From: a virus | Lineage: Duplodnaviria > Caudoviricetes | Strand: one strand, 5' to 3' | DNA length: 64,000 nucleotides | Virus record (IMG/VR): IMGVR_UViG_3300037424_000564 | Location: 64,001 to 128,000 of that record | In this document: positions 19,901 through 29,980 of the stretch, one piece after another | How positions within the stretch are numbered: the stretch's first letter is position 1 | Layout of the letters: each line of letters starts with the position of its first letter | Translations under genes and position numbers: made by a program | Notes under the pieces: generated by a model | What the model saw: the letters and a program-made list of their open reading frames with translations, nothing else | What the model was told of the DNA's origin: nothing | Database searches by the model: none

Positions 19901-20121
19901 GCAGTATTACTGTCAATATATTGGAAATATCCAGTACCTGTTAGATCCCATTGCAAAGGAGTTCCACTAATAGCAGGAGGCTCAAACAAATTTAAACGTT
20001 GATTCTTTACAATACTTTTTGGTGATGTATTAGAAATATCATCAAAGAATCTATCAAGACTTTGTTTTAAATTATAAGGAGACGCTATACCAGAACTTTT
20101 ATATCTATCATTAATATTCAT
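16948..20121 (-). CDS. BspA/DUF285 leucine-rich repeat protein with two PKD-like + repeat modules
   Basis: Many 25-aa WNVSNVTNMxxMFxxAxxFNQxIxx repeats; two LPLPxAGxYDFIVDWGDG domains. Confidence 0.9.
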   Translation of the reverse strand: MNINDRYKSSGIASPYNLKQSLDRFFDDISNTSPKSIVKNQRLNLFEPPAISGTPLQWDLTGTGYFQYIDSNTASGSIGTGSSFSQNISEKLLPNTPYTVLVYASMPVTGIEFSVTADNDSQIFNLQQGSTEINSATITADVTSASKYVIQFSTNVVEVSGGVYFNISNPTGSDVDITIKYTSIYRGLIEFGETTDISDVYYAEVAGLAVSATNLIDKYTPMVTKWLLTDDNEIELPLPIAGSYDFIVDWGDGNTNAVTAYDSGNSHTYATSGVKTVTITGLMTQWRFPMFHYSAEKLTHVVKTGYTGLTSLYQGFFLCQNLIYIENDPIWTKNVTNMGDMLRSCTSFNSDISDWNTSNVTDMSGMFFGATSFNQSIDSWDVSKVTNMYQMFRGASVFNQPLNSWNVHNVTDISFMFYEATLFDKDLYSWDVSNVNNLYGTFSLSNFNGNINNWDVSNVNNMQETFDEANIFNQPLNLWNTSSVTAMQDMFNGAFAFNQDISSWDVSNVINMQYMFSSAHAFNQDISSWDVGNVTNMTNMFSAAGVSTNPTAFNQSLNSWDFSNVVSMNGMFKGPTAYNQPINWNTSSINDTSYMFYRSTFNASIILNTSSVSSMAFMFYSDSNFNQDISSWSVSSIDNTLSYSMSHMIESTAWISLNYDLALNSWASQPVQTGVYFDCGPTAYTEAGSASRDYLINTKGWIITDGGLEAGYEPMITEWSLTTDNSVTLPLPVAGTYDFIVDWGDGNTNPVTAYNSGNQHTYATSGIKTVSVTGLMTHWSFNNTGDKLKITSVLSGGYSGLTSLAGGFYGCSNLTFIENNPIWTKNVTTMDSIFRTATSFNSDISGWDTSNVTNMSAMFYDAASFNSDISGWDTSNVNNMFEMFKNATSFNQDISGWNTDSLIYVASLFNGATSFNQPLNSWNVSNVTFMVLMFNNATSFNQPLNSWNVSNVTDMVSMFNNATLFNQDISGWNFNNLSGSNSLLNMLDNTAMSELYYSSLLLAWWANEANLPDNMTVGVNGLVYTYGSEEPAGTAEEARGFLITYKGWTFVGDSVGV

Positions 20122-20130
20122 ATTTTTACC

Positions 20131-21888
20131 TTAAATTATAATTTTGAATTGTTCATTTGTGCTTGCCCATTTGCGATAGATTGGAACTTTGTTTGATATA
20201 TAAATTATAAGACCATTATCATAGCTCCAAGTATCTTGATTGAAGTTTACACCATACACACTTAAATCCCCATTATAAGTATCAGCAGTAAGATAATTTC
20301 CACTTGAATCTTTAGGTCTATAAGCAATGAATAATTGTCTGTAAATATTTTCAGTAGGGCTATTAGCGCCAATCAAATCAACTTCTTTTGAAATCAAAAC
20401 GTTAAAAAATCCATAACGTAATGCTTTATCTTTATCTTTTGTTTTTGCTACAGTAATAATTGCATTGATATCAGTTTCAGTTGATGATAGAACTGTATTA
20501 GTATTTATAGGAGTAGAAATTACGATATTTAAACCAGCATCACTATTATTAACCAAAGTTATACTATTACTTCCGGGTGTGTAATCAACAGCAGAAACAG
20601 TGTATGTTAGAGATTCAATTGCAATTTGATCACTAACAACAAATCCATTAAAATCAAATAGATTAATAATACTATCACCATTTGATACGGTTGATTTAAC
20701 AATTCCATTATGTACTGATGGAGAACCATTAAGAATTAATTGTTCAATAGTAAAACCAGCGGCTGAATAAAAAGCTTGCTCACTACCATTATTTACTTCT
20801 TTAACAAAATCAACATCAGCAGTTACTACTTTACTAAATCCATTAATATCAAAAAGAGAAGATCCTACTAAACTATTCTTTAAATATGATACATCTAGTG
20901 CTGGTGGATTACCATCAGAAGTAGGTATAATTGATTCATAAGGTAGAGCTTCATTCCAAATTCCAAATTCATCATATTGATTTGGTCCAATTATCATCTT
21001 GATATATTGTAATTCATTATTTGCAAATGAATAACTAAATGTAGTATATTTTTGTGAATTTCCTAAACTAGTTACTTCAGTATAAATTGCAGTAGAACTA
21101 GTTTCTTCCGCATTCACAAATTTCATATCATTTAGAATAATAGATCCAGATTCATCAACCAAAGAGAATGCATAAGAATTTATAAGAATATTTTTATGTT
21201 CTTCTGCACTAACAGCATCATTGAAAATAGATTCATCTGATTGTAGTTCAGATGCAGGTAATCCTGTTATATAAGTTTCGCCTAACACATTAATTGTTCT
21301 TTGTAGACCAGATGCAGCTAAACTCCAAGCACCACCAGAAACTGACTGAACATACATATCACAGTTAGACACGTAGTAAGGTGAATTTGCCAAGCTTTTT
21401 TCTAATATTTTTACAGGAAGATTTGTATTATTATTGTAGTTAAATAGGTAGTATGACCCTGATGAACTTGGAGTTAAATACTGATAGTAATATTTACTTA
21501 ATCCTTGAATGATAGCCCAATTTTTTCCCATATACATTAATTTGAGATCACCAATAGTTTGAACAGTCTGAACGTTACTAAATGTAACATCAGAGGTTTC
21601 TACAAATCCAATAGTAATTGTTTGTTGACCTTCTGTTGATCCAGCAATATCAATAATAGAATTTCTATCAAAATATAAATCAGAACTAGCGGAAGCACTA
21701 TTAAAAGTATTAGCCATGTTAGCTGGAAATGATTCATTTTCTAAAAGAAGAAGAGTATTAACTCCCCATTGCATATCTGGAGTTCCTTTTGAAAATCCTA
21801 GATAACAGTCCTCTGACAACATTGCGTCAAAAATGAACTGAGTATAGTTGTCAATAGTTGAACCACTCATGTAGTTATATAATGTCAT
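20131..21888 (-). CDS. baseplate wedge subunit, gp8-like
   Basis: C-terminal YRQLFI...GLIIYISNKVPIYRK...EQFKIII resembles gp8; located in the baseplate cluster; late promoter upstream. Confidence 0.65.
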   Translation of the reverse strand: MTLYNYMSGSTIDNYTQFIFDAMLSEDCYLGFSKGTPDMQWGVNTLLLLENESFPANMANTFNSASASSDLYFDRNSIIDIAGSTEGQQTITIGFVETSDVTFSNVQTVQTIGDLKLMYMGKNWAIIQGLSKYYYQYLTPSSSGSYYLFNYNNNTNLPVKILEKSLANSPYYVSNCDMYVQSVSGGAWSLAASGLQRTINVLGETYITGLPASELQSDESIFNDAVSAEEHKNILINSYAFSLVDESGSIILNDMKFVNAEETSSTAIYTEVTSLGNSQKYTTFSYSFANNELQYIKMIIGPNQYDEFGIWNEALPYESIIPTSDGNPPALDVSYLKNSLVGSSLFDINGFSKVVTADVDFVKEVNNGSEQAFYSAAGFTIEQLILNGSPSVHNGIVKSTVSNGDSIINLFDFNGFVVSDQIAIESLTYTVSAVDYTPGSNSITLVNNSDAGLNIVISTPINTNTVLSSTETDINAIITVAKTKDKDKALRYGFFNVLISKEVDLIGANSPTENIYRQLFIAYRPKDSSGNYLTADTYNGDLSVYGVNFNQDTWSYDNGLIIYISNKVPIYRKWASTNEQFKIII

Positions 21889-21916
21889 AATAAATCCTTA
21901 TGCGTTTAGTTTATCT

Positions 21917-21924
21917 TATTTATA
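21917..21924 (-). promoter_or_regulatory. T4-type late promoter
   Basis: TATAAATA 29 nt upstream of the gp8-like start. Confidence 0.7.
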
Positions 21925-21943
21925 CTAATTTATTTGATGCTAT

Positions 21944-23482
21944 TTAAGGTGCTAATCCACCATCACTTATAATCCATCCTTTAGTATTAACTAGAGAATC
22001 TTTAGAAGCAGAACCACCCGCTGAATATTTTGTTGGAGAACATCCAAATGCTACATTAGAATTTACATTTTGTGATGCCCATGAATTCAATAATAAGTCA
22101 TAGTTAGTTGTTGAGAATGATGTATTTGATAAAATTGAAGCCATACTAGTAACGGAAGAAACAGACCAAGAAGAAATATCTTGGTTAAATGAAGTTGCAT
22201 TAGACAATGTATAATTCATATTTGTTACTTTAGAAATGTCCCAAGAGTTTAAAGGCTGATTAAATGAAGTAGCACTATCCAACATACCAGACATATTTGT
22301 TACATTGGATACATTCCAAGAATTTAAAGGCTGATTGAAATTAGTTGCACTTAAAAACATATAACCCATATCTATTACATTACTAACATTCCAAGCAGAA
22401 ATATCTTGATTAAATGGTGAATTATCAAATAATTGATGCATGTTACTTACATTACCAGTGTCCCAAGAATTTAAAGGTTGATTAAATCCAGATAATCTAA
22501 ACATTTGATTCATATTTGTTACATTAGAAACATTCCAAGAATTTAAAGGCTGATTGAAATTAGTTGCACTTAAAAACATTGATGACATATCTGTTACATT
22601 ACTTACATTCCAACTAGAAATATCTTGGTTAAAGGAAGTAGCATTATTGAACATAGAAACCATATCAGTGACATTAGAGACATTCCAAGAAGAAATATCT
22701 GAATTAAATGATGTTCCTGATAACATTCCAGTCATAGTAATTACATTACTGGTATTCCACCCAGAAATATTTTGATTAAAGGAAGTTGCTCCACCAAACA
22801 TATAATACATATCAGTAACATTAGATACATTCCAATTAGAAATATCTGAATTAAATGCAGTTGCAATATGAAACATAAGATACATAGTATTAACGTTTCT
22901 TGTCCATATTGGATTATTTTCTATAAATGTTAGATTTGAACAACCACGAAATCCACCTGATAAATTAGTTAAACCAGTATAACCACCACTAAGAACTGAA
23001 GTAATTTTTAATTTATCTCCTGCGTTATTAAAACTCCAATGAGTCATTAAACCAGAAACAGATACTGTTTTAATTCCACTAGTAGCATATGTATGTTGAT
23101 TTCCAACATTATAAGCAGAAACTGTATTGGAGTTACCATCACCCCAATCTACAATAAAATCATAAGTTCCAGTAGAAGGTAGAGGTAATGTAATAGAATT
23201 ATTAGTAGTTAAACTCCATTCTGTTATCATTGGAGAATATGATATAGGTTTTGTATAAACAAAATCATTAATTAATTGATAACTACCACCTTTATAAAAT
23301 ATAGTTAATTTGATTCTTATTTCTGAATCAACTATATGGTCAGGTATATTAAATATAATATTGTTTAATACTGTATTTTTTGTTTGATAAAAAATACCAT
23401 CAACATATAAATCCCATTGATAACTATTAGCAATACCAACTTTTTCATATGATACAGATATTTTTAGTGCATTAATAGACAT
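21944..23482 (-). CDS. second BspA/DUF285 repeat protein
   Basis: Same PKD-like domain and 25-aa repeats as 16948..20121. Confidence 0.9.
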   Translation of the reverse strand: MSINALKISVSYEKVGIANSYQWDLYVDGIFYQTKNTVLNNIIFNIPDHIVDSEIRIKLTIFYKGGSYQLINDFVYTKPISYSPMITEWSLTTNNSITLPLPSTGTYDFIVDWGDGNSNTVSAYNVGNQHTYATSGIKTVSVSGLMTHWSFNNAGDKLKITSVLSGGYTGLTNLSGGFRGCSNLTFIENNPIWTRNVNTMYLMFHIATAFNSDISNWNVSNVTDMYYMFGGATSFNQNISGWNTSNVITMTGMLSGTSFNSDISSWNVSNVTDMVSMFNNATSFNQDISSWNVSNVTDMSSMFLSATNFNQPLNSWNVSNVTNMNQMFRLSGFNQPLNSWDTGNVSNMHQLFDNSPFNQDISAWNVSNVIDMGYMFLSATNFNQPLNSWNVSNVTNMSGMLDSATSFNQPLNSWDISKVTNMNYTLSNATSFNQDISSWSVSSVTSMASILSNTSFSTTNYDLLLNSWASQNVNSNVAFGCSPTKYSAGGSASKDSLVNTKGWIISDGGLAP

Positions 23483-25169
23483 ATACGCTCACTTCTCCAA
23501 TTATACTTGTAGGTGTATCAAATTCAGCAATAAATTCAGCAAGACTACTTTCAAAAGTATAATCAAAATCATTAGTAATAGATAGTCTAGCCGCAGTTTT
23601 TTCACTATTAAATGAATCAAACGATAAGAAATCAAAATACACATTATTATAATTTCTTATATTATTAAATTTGAACGAATTATTTTTAGATACCCAAGAC
23701 TCGAATAATGATATATATTGAATATATCTAGTATTATCATATTTAAGAGTACTAGTAATCCAATCATTATTTTTAAGTTTTAGAATAACATATTCATCCT
23801 TATTTATAGTAGTATCATAGTAGTTTAAAAAAGTATGTTGTATATCAAGCAGTGTATTACCTTTATATTTTTCCCAAATATAACTATGAGCAATACCAGT
23901 TTGTTTATATGTAAATCTAGTGATATTATCTATACTTGTATATGATGTTATAAAATTAGATGTATCATGAGTAACTTTAAGCAAAGGATTTGCTGATACT
24001 GGCGCAATATAAAAATCAGTATCATGGTATGACATACCAACCTTTAAATTAAAATTATATTGATCTAAAACATTTATAAATTTACAATTTGAATGCCCTG
24101 TGAAAATGTGAGCAGAAACATTATATGATTCCAATGCACCTTGATTATGAAACACTTTTCTTAATTTAAAGAAATGAGGATCTATAGGTAGGGATGTTGA
24201 ATAATATTCAGCGTCTAGATAAGACACAGAATTGATATTCCAGTTCAAATGTCTTAGCTTTTGTTGATAGTTTATTAAATCAAAATCAGCATAGGTATCT
24301 CCGGTAAAAGAAGTAATTTCATTATATACTGAGTTCCATCCAATAGGGTGAACAACTGGTTTAATATATTTATTCCAGAAGGATTTTGGTAGAGAAGTAG
24401 AAACACGGTATACAAAATTATTAGACAAATCTTCTACAACAGAAATAAAGTTATAACCAAGAAATTTAGTATATAATCCCAAAACGAATGATATAAGATA
24501 AATATTACCTTTAAGTGCCCCATACCTAACAATATTTTTCATAATTGCTAAGTTAATATTATTAAGATATTCATCGCTATAATCTTCAATTGTTATATCA
24601 GGATTATCGGCATTCAAGTAGTTTTTATTTTTTATATTATAGAATAAAGTATTAAATTCAGAAAAATATTGATTAATATAATTTTCTAAAACCAATTGAT
24701 TACTATTAATTAATAATGTGTTATCATCATACTCATATTTTTTGGTTACAATATTATAAGAAGATGGAGTTAAATTAAAATCATAATGATCACTTTCAGT
24801 CACAACATTATCAATTGATATAATGTTATCGATATTTCTTAATTGGTGATATATATCATTATAGTTACGTTCAAATACATCATCAAAAACAAAGAAACGT
24901 TTTATATCAACAGTCAATAAATCATCTAGAGTAATTGAATTTATCATATTAGATATCAGAACATAAATTTTATTATGTTCCAAAATTTCTGGTACGATTG
25001 TTATAACACTTCCAGAAGAAGATGCGTTAACTACAATAGGTGTATAATCACCACCATCAACTCTATATAATTCAAAATTAGAAGCTGATACTGGATAAAC
25101 ATCAACATCAGAATTTAAAATAATAGATTCTGATGTTGAGTAAGTTTTCTTCGATAGTGTTAAATTCAT
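23472..25169 (-). CDS. baseplate wedge protein, gp7-like
   Basis: KGNIYLISFVL motif and VHPIGW motif typical of gp7-like wedge initiators; synteny with gp6 and gp8. Confidence 0.55.
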   Translation of the reverse strand: MNLTLSKKTYSTSESIILNSDVDVYPVSASNFELYRVDGGDYTPIVVNASSSGSVITIVPEILEHNKIYVLISNMINSITLDDLLTVDIKRFFVFDDVFERNYNDIYHQLRNIDNIISIDNVVTESDHYDFNLTPSSYNIVTKKYEYDDNTLLINSNQLVLENYINQYFSEFNTLFYNIKNKNYLNADNPDITIEDYSDEYLNNINLAIMKNIVRYGALKGNIYLISFVLGLYTKFLGYNFISVVEDLSNNFVYRVSTSLPKSFWNKYIKPVVHPIGWNSVYNEITSFTGDTYADFDLINYQQKLRHLNWNINSVSYLDAEYYSTSLPIDPHFFKLRKVFHNQGALESYNVSAHIFTGHSNCKFINVLDQYNFNLKVGMSYHDTDFYIAPVSANPLLKVTHDTSNFITSYTSIDNITRFTYKQTGIAHSYIWEKYKGNTLLDIQHTFLNYYDTTINKDEYVILKLKNNDWITSTLKYDNTRYIQYISLFESWVSKNNSFKFNNIRNYNNVYFDFLSFDSFNSEKTAARLSITNDFDYTFESSLAEFIAEFDTPTSIIGEVSVYVY

Positions 25170-25173
25170 ATAT

Positions 25174-25920
25174 TTACTCTATTGTGTTTAGAAAAATATC
25201 ACTTGATAATATATTAACAAGCTCACTTGTTGTCCCGTTTGATTCCAACATTTTTGAATAATTACTTAAAAGATCAGGAAAAAGATTCTCTTCCTCGAAT
25301 ATCTTTTGTTTGTATAGTAATGGTGCTTTTATCTCTAGTAAATTTGATTGTATAAATTTATCGTCATAAAAATCATCAACTAATATTTCAAATGAAGTAA
25401 ATCGTATTGGTGAAAATACAGATGGTATCAAATTACTAAGTTCAAATTTTATATATTTAAATTCTAGATTATCATAAATGTATTCATATTCGTTACTGAA
25501 TTCATTTAGTCTTTTGAATATATATGGAAATGTTGAAGTGTCATCATCATACGATAAAGTTGACATATTAAGAAATACATTTTCATCTACTCTTTTATAT
25601 AGATATTTATGGTCATCAATTCCTTCTTTAAAAGGCAATTCATACCAATTGATATAATCAATAGAAGTATAAATTTTATAAATTTGTTCAGAGTTATTGA
25701 CTCCACCAATAATATCATAAGTTATATCGGATAAAGTAATAGTATTACTAGAAGATATAATAATTTCAACGGAACTTACTGATGGATTAATTAATCTCCA
25801 AGATAATATATCACTTGAAGATTTTACTGAATATCCTAGTGAGACAACATTACTAGAAATAACATCATAATCTGAAACTATTATATTATTTTGTTTTTCA
25901 GTTAATAAATCGATTATCAT
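25174..25920 (-). CDS. putative baseplate protein
   Basis: Position between gp6 and gp7-like; S/D/I-rich virion-like composition. Confidence 0.45.
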   Translation of the reverse strand: MIIDLLTEKQNNIIVSDYDVISSNVVSLGYSVKSSSDILSWRLINPSVSSVEIIISSSNTITLSDITYDIIGGVNNSEQIYKIYTSIDYINWYELPFKEGIDDHKYLYKRVDENVFLNMSTLSYDDDTSTFPYIFKRLNEFSNEYEYIYDNLEFKYIKFELSNLIPSVFSPIRFTSFEILVDDFYDDKFIQSNLLEIKAPLLYKQKIFEEENLFPDLLSNYSKMLESNGTTSELVNILSSDIFLNTIE

Positions 25921-28900
25921 TTAATCACCGTTGCATCGTTAACATTAATAAATGTGAAGTTATTGAAAGATGTATCAAAATCTGTAATTGTATCATTTGT
26001 AATATTACCAGATGAATCAAGTTTATTTTTTGGTAATATTCTAATAAGATTCAAATCAGATTCATCCTCAAATAAAGATGTAAGTGGAACTAGATCAGTC
26101 GTTTCTACTAAGTTATACATACCTCTAACACTTGAATAGAATTTCATTTTACCTACTTCGAATAATTCAGTTAATGAAGTCGATAAGGATTGATATCTAA
26201 AAGTACCAATTTCAGTTCCGTTGAAAATATCATCAAAATAGAATTCATATAACATTGTTGTTGTATTATATACATAATAGAAATTAGATTGAAATCCTAT
26301 ATTATTGATATAATCTTGTCCTGTTAATTCAACATTAATATCTACATATTCAATAGTATAATCTCTCATTTTTGTCCAATTTGTTCCGTTGAAAATGATA
26401 TAATCACCACGAACAAAAGTATCACCAGTAGGAGAAATAATAGTTGAAAGACTAAAATCTCCATCTTCTGTAACCAAAGCAACATCTCCAACATTAGCTA
26501 CTACTGGTAAATTACTAGCAGAGGAAGCATCTAAACTACCAACGGATATTAATTTTTTCCAATTATTAGATCCAATATAAATTATTGAATCCCCTATTTC
26601 ATATACTTCAGGTAATATACCATTAAAATCTCCAGATGCAGCAATAACAAATATATTTCCATACTCCAAATTTACAGGTAAAGTGTTTCCAACAGTACCA
26701 TCAATATTAAAAGTTAATGGATAAGAAGGTTGATAAATGTTCCACTTACCATTACCAATATACAATAATACATCGTTTTCATATGCTTCGATGTAATTTA
26801 AGTTATTCCAGTTTACTCTATCGTATGAAGATCCAAAGTCACCAATACCAACTACTTTAAAAGAAGTTCCGATTGGAAGTCCAGTTACACTATAATCGAA
26901 AATTTCTAATGATCCACCAGAAACAGGATCAGCATCAATTCCAGAGAGTGCAGATGTTTCAAATGAATTGATAATTAGTTTCCATTTATTAGTATCAATT
27001 GATTCTTCTGGATCATAATATATGATATCACTATCTGCAAAGTTGCCACTTCTACCACCAAAGTTAGTAGTTCCGATAACATTAGTAACAATTTTTATTT
27101 CATAATCAATAGCGGCTGTAGGAAGATCAATACCAGCATCCAATCCATTTAGTGCATCATATGTTATGAATTTATAATTTAATTTTTCCCATTTATTAGA
27201 AGGATTCACAGTTGAATTTACATTAAAAATAATATAATCACCTGCTGATACTGTTTCAGTTAAAGTACCATCAAAATCACCACTGGCGCTAATTTGATAT
27301 ACAACATCATTGCCAATTGATTTGAATAGTTCAGTATCATCTTCTGCTGAAATATTTCCTAAATCAGTTGTTTTAGTCCAAATACCACCACTTAATGAAG
27401 AATTATATATTATATATTCTCCTTTGGTAACTGAAGTAAAGTTTGTAGCTGATAATGCAACAGAGAAAGTAGCTATAGCTTCATGAAAATCACCATTTGA
27501 AGGCACTGTTGTAATGTCAGCTTCTTTGCGAATGAATCCTTTATAGCCATTTTCTTTATTAAATGTACGTTTAATAATAGCAAACTCTGGATCAGCACCG
27601 ATATTAATAGTATAATTATCTTTTTGGTATGGATAAGTTCCAGTAACTGACATAGTAGCAACCAAAGGAGAATCTTCATTATTAATAATGAATTCTTTTT
27701 GGTTTCCTACTATATTAGAATTATTATCGGATTCAAATCTATAAACAGTAAAAAACTTATCAACTCCACCAATTTTTATTTTACATGTTTCTACATTTTC
27801 AGTCGAATCATCTTCATTATAAATGAATCTGTCGATATTAGTATTTGCAATATTCCCATAGATAGTTCTTTGATTGTAAGGTAGAAAATCATTAACTCCT
27901 AAAGATAGTAATTGTTTTTGTTCAGCATTTGTTTTAACAAAATTTGTTATAGCACTTGGATATCCATATTGATCTTTTTCAGTAATCTTGATAGGAAGAA
28001 ATATAATATTAATATCTTCATCACCAGTAGGATATAAACTATTTTTTGATATAATAAAATTATATTCATAATTTATATTAGATGATATAACATTATCGTA
28101 ACCACCTATAACACTATTCAAACGTGAAGATCTAAGTGAAGTATTAAATTGATTATAATTAGAAACAATATAATCTTTCAATGCAGTTGTAGTTTCATTG
28201 ATCAATTTTTGAGTTTCAAAATCATTTAAATCTGTAGAAATTTCTAGTTCAGGAGTAGCAGTAACATATATATATGAAGGTTTCATGAATGCTAATTTAG
28301 TAGAAATAATTCTATATTTGTTAAATTCAGATAAGATAGCAATTTCTTGTGCAAGGGTTAAATAAATTTCAGAACTTGATAATACATCTGATGTATTAAC
28401 GTATAATGGAATAGCAGTTAAGAAAATATTACCTAATTTAGACGCATCTCCACGAAACAATTCATCACCACCAATAACATTAGATCTATAGATATATGCA
28501 TTTTGTGATAATAATGTATTATAGTCATTCTTTGTCACTGCTCTACCAGCCATTGAGAAACTTTTAGGTGCTGATAGTTTGATTACTTCAAGAGTTTCAT
28601 AAGGAGAACCACCATATGAAGCAATAGTAGTTGTTGAAATATCATTAAAGTTACTCACATCAAAAGGGAATGATGCTGATAAAGTAGATGTATTAAATGA
28701 TACCAAAGAAAGACCATTAGCCAATTCTCCACTGGTTTCAAGATAATCTATATTTACAATTTGATTATTTGCAGGGTAATCGCTAATATTTCCATCTCCA
28801 AATGCAATTTTAACATGACCTTCAACAGAGATATCTTCTTCTACGAAGTAAGACAAAGGTGATAGTAAATTGAAAGATTGTTTTACTTCCTCCCATTTAA

Positions 28901-29492
28901 CGCTGTTGGCATCGTTATTATTTTTTACATATAAAAAGAATACATTTTCTTCAACGTTTTTTGCAGGAATAATGAATGTTTGGAAGGGCAACCCAGTTCC
29001 AAGGTATGAGAAAGTTTTGAACATACCTTCAAATAATTCAATATCAGCAACTAGCATTCTGTTATCATCAGGAGATACAGTTAAAGTAATATTAGTAAAG
29101 TTGTTATACTGGAATCCGCCAGTAGCAGTGAATATAGTTTTTGCAGGAATAATGATTTTATCTGTATCAGTAAAAGATGCAGTTGAATCATAGTATTTAA
29201 TTTTTCCAGTAATTTTAGATGAAGTTGCACGTTTAGGTCTATATCCCATAGTTTTTGCTATAGATACAGCATTCTTTCTTAAGGTAGTTGTATCAAGAAA
29301 AAAGTTATTAGTTGTATTTGATAATTGATATGACATTAACATTGAAATATATGCCATACTATCAACAATCATTGACATATTAGATGCAGTGAAATCAAAT
29401 ACAGCAGAATATTCAGAATTATCTTTTAGATATTTAATTATTTCACTTCTAACATCTTCAAATTTAAGTGCATTTAATGCAAATTGACTCAT
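25917..29492 (-). CDS. gp6: baseplate wedge subunit gp6 with large repeat insertion
   Basis: LKFEDVRSEIIKYLK, FFLDTTTLRKNAVSIAKTMGYRPK, FGDG, RAVTKNDY. Confidence 0.9.
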   Translation of the reverse strand: MSQFALNALKFEDVRSEIIKYLKDNSEYSAVFDFTASNMSMIVDSMAYISMLMSYQLSNTTNNFFLDTTTLRKNAVSIAKTMGYRPKRATSSKITGKIKYYDSTASFTDTDKIIIPAKTIFTATGGFQYNNFTNITLTVSPDDNRMLVADIELFEGMFKTFSYLGTGLPFQTFIIPAKNVEENVFFLYVKNNNDANSVKWEEVKQSFNLLSPLSYFVEEDISVEGHVKIAFGDGNISDYPANNQIVNIDYLETSGELANGLSLVSFNTSTLSASFPFDVSNFNDISTTTIASYGGSPYETLEVIKLSAPKSFSMAGRAVTKNDYNTLLSQNAYIYRSNVIGGDELFRGDASKLGNIFLTAIPLYVNTSDVLSSSEIYLTLAQEIAILSEFNKYRIISTKLAFMKPSYIYVTATPELEISTDLNDFETQKLINETTTALKDYIVSNYNQFNTSLRSSRLNSVIGGYDNVISSNINYEYNFIISKNSLYPTGDEDINIIFLPIKITEKDQYGYPSAITNFVKTNAEQKQLLSLGVNDFLPYNQRTIYGNIANTNIDRFIYNEDDSTENVETCKIKIGGVDKFFTVYRFESDNNSNIVGNQKEFIINNEDSPLVATMSVTGTYPYQKDNYTINIGADPEFAIIKRTFNKENGYKGFIRKEADITTVPSNGDFHEAIATFSVALSATNFTSVTKGEYIIYNSSLSGGIWTKTTDLGNISAEDDTELFKSIGNDVVYQISASGDFDGTLTETVSAGDYIIFNVNSTVNPSNKWEKLNYKFITYDALNGLDAGIDLPTAAIDYEIKIVTNVIGTTNFGGRSGNFADSDIIYYDPEESIDTNKWKLIINSFETSALSGIDADPVSGGSLEIFDYSVTGLPIGTSFKVVGIGDFGSSYDRVNWNNLNYIEAYENDVLLYIGNGKWNIYQPSYPLTFNIDGTVGNTLPVNLEYGNIFVIAASGDFNGILPEVYEIGDSIIYIGSNNWKKLISVGSLDASSASNLPVVANVGDVALVTEDGDFSLSTIISPTGDTFVRGDYIIFNGTNWTKMRDYTIEYVDINVELTGQDYINNIGFQSNFYYVYNTTTMLYEFYFDDIFNGTEIGTFRYQSLSTSLTELFEVGKMKFYSSVRGMYNLVETTDLVPLTSLFEDESDLNLIRILPKNKLDSSGNITNDTITDFDTSFNNFTFINVNDATVIK

Positions 29493-29504
29493 ATAATACC
29501 TCGT

Positions 29505-29894
29505 TTAGCGAATCTTGTTCAATGTAATATTTATTGTTTGTGTTTGACTTGATGTTTTCATCGTGAAGATAACACTAATATCAAATGTATTAGTGTTATC
29601 ATTAGTAGATATAAAAACATTTAATTTATCAATTCTTGATTCAAATTTTTGGATACTATCAATAATTGCAGATTCAATTTGCGTAGCTGTAATATTATCC
29701 AATGGTTCAAAAATAAATCTATGCAAAGGACAACCAAATTCGGGGTTCATAATTCGTTCACCCGGTTCAGTAGATAAAATGTTAATTACTGATTCAAGTA
29801 AAGCTTGTTCATTAGTAATGATAGAAATATCTTTCTTACCAACAAAGTCTTTGCCTAATTTAGATATATCGTAGTAATAAATTATTTTTTCCAT
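29505..29894 (-). CDS. gp25: baseplate wedge / sheath initiator gp25
   Basis: NILSTEPGERIMNPEFGC, FESRI. Confidence 0.92.
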   Translation of the reverse strand: MEKIIYYYDISKLGKDFVGKKDISIITNEQALLESVINILSTEPGERIMNPEFGCPLHRFIFEPLDNITATQIESAIIDSIQKFESRIDKLNVFISTNDNTNTFDISVIFTMKTSSQTQTINITLNKIR

Positions 29895-29924
29895 ATATAA
29901 TATCCTCGGTTTTATTTAGGTAAT

Positions 29925-29957
29925 AAAAAAAGGTTGAGAAATTAATCTCAACCTTTT
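29925..29957. terminator. intrinsic terminator
   Basis: AAAAAAGGTTGAGA-AATTAA-TCTCAACCTTTTT, downstream of gp32. Confidence 0.8.
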
Positions 29958-29980
29958 TGTCTTCTTGATACTATTTAGTT

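Noticed and set aside
16948-23482. CRISPR array or diversity-generating retroelement from the periodic repeats
   Set aside because: The repeats are in-frame 75-nt coding units; no spacers, reverse transcriptase or adenine-specific template/variable pair was seen.
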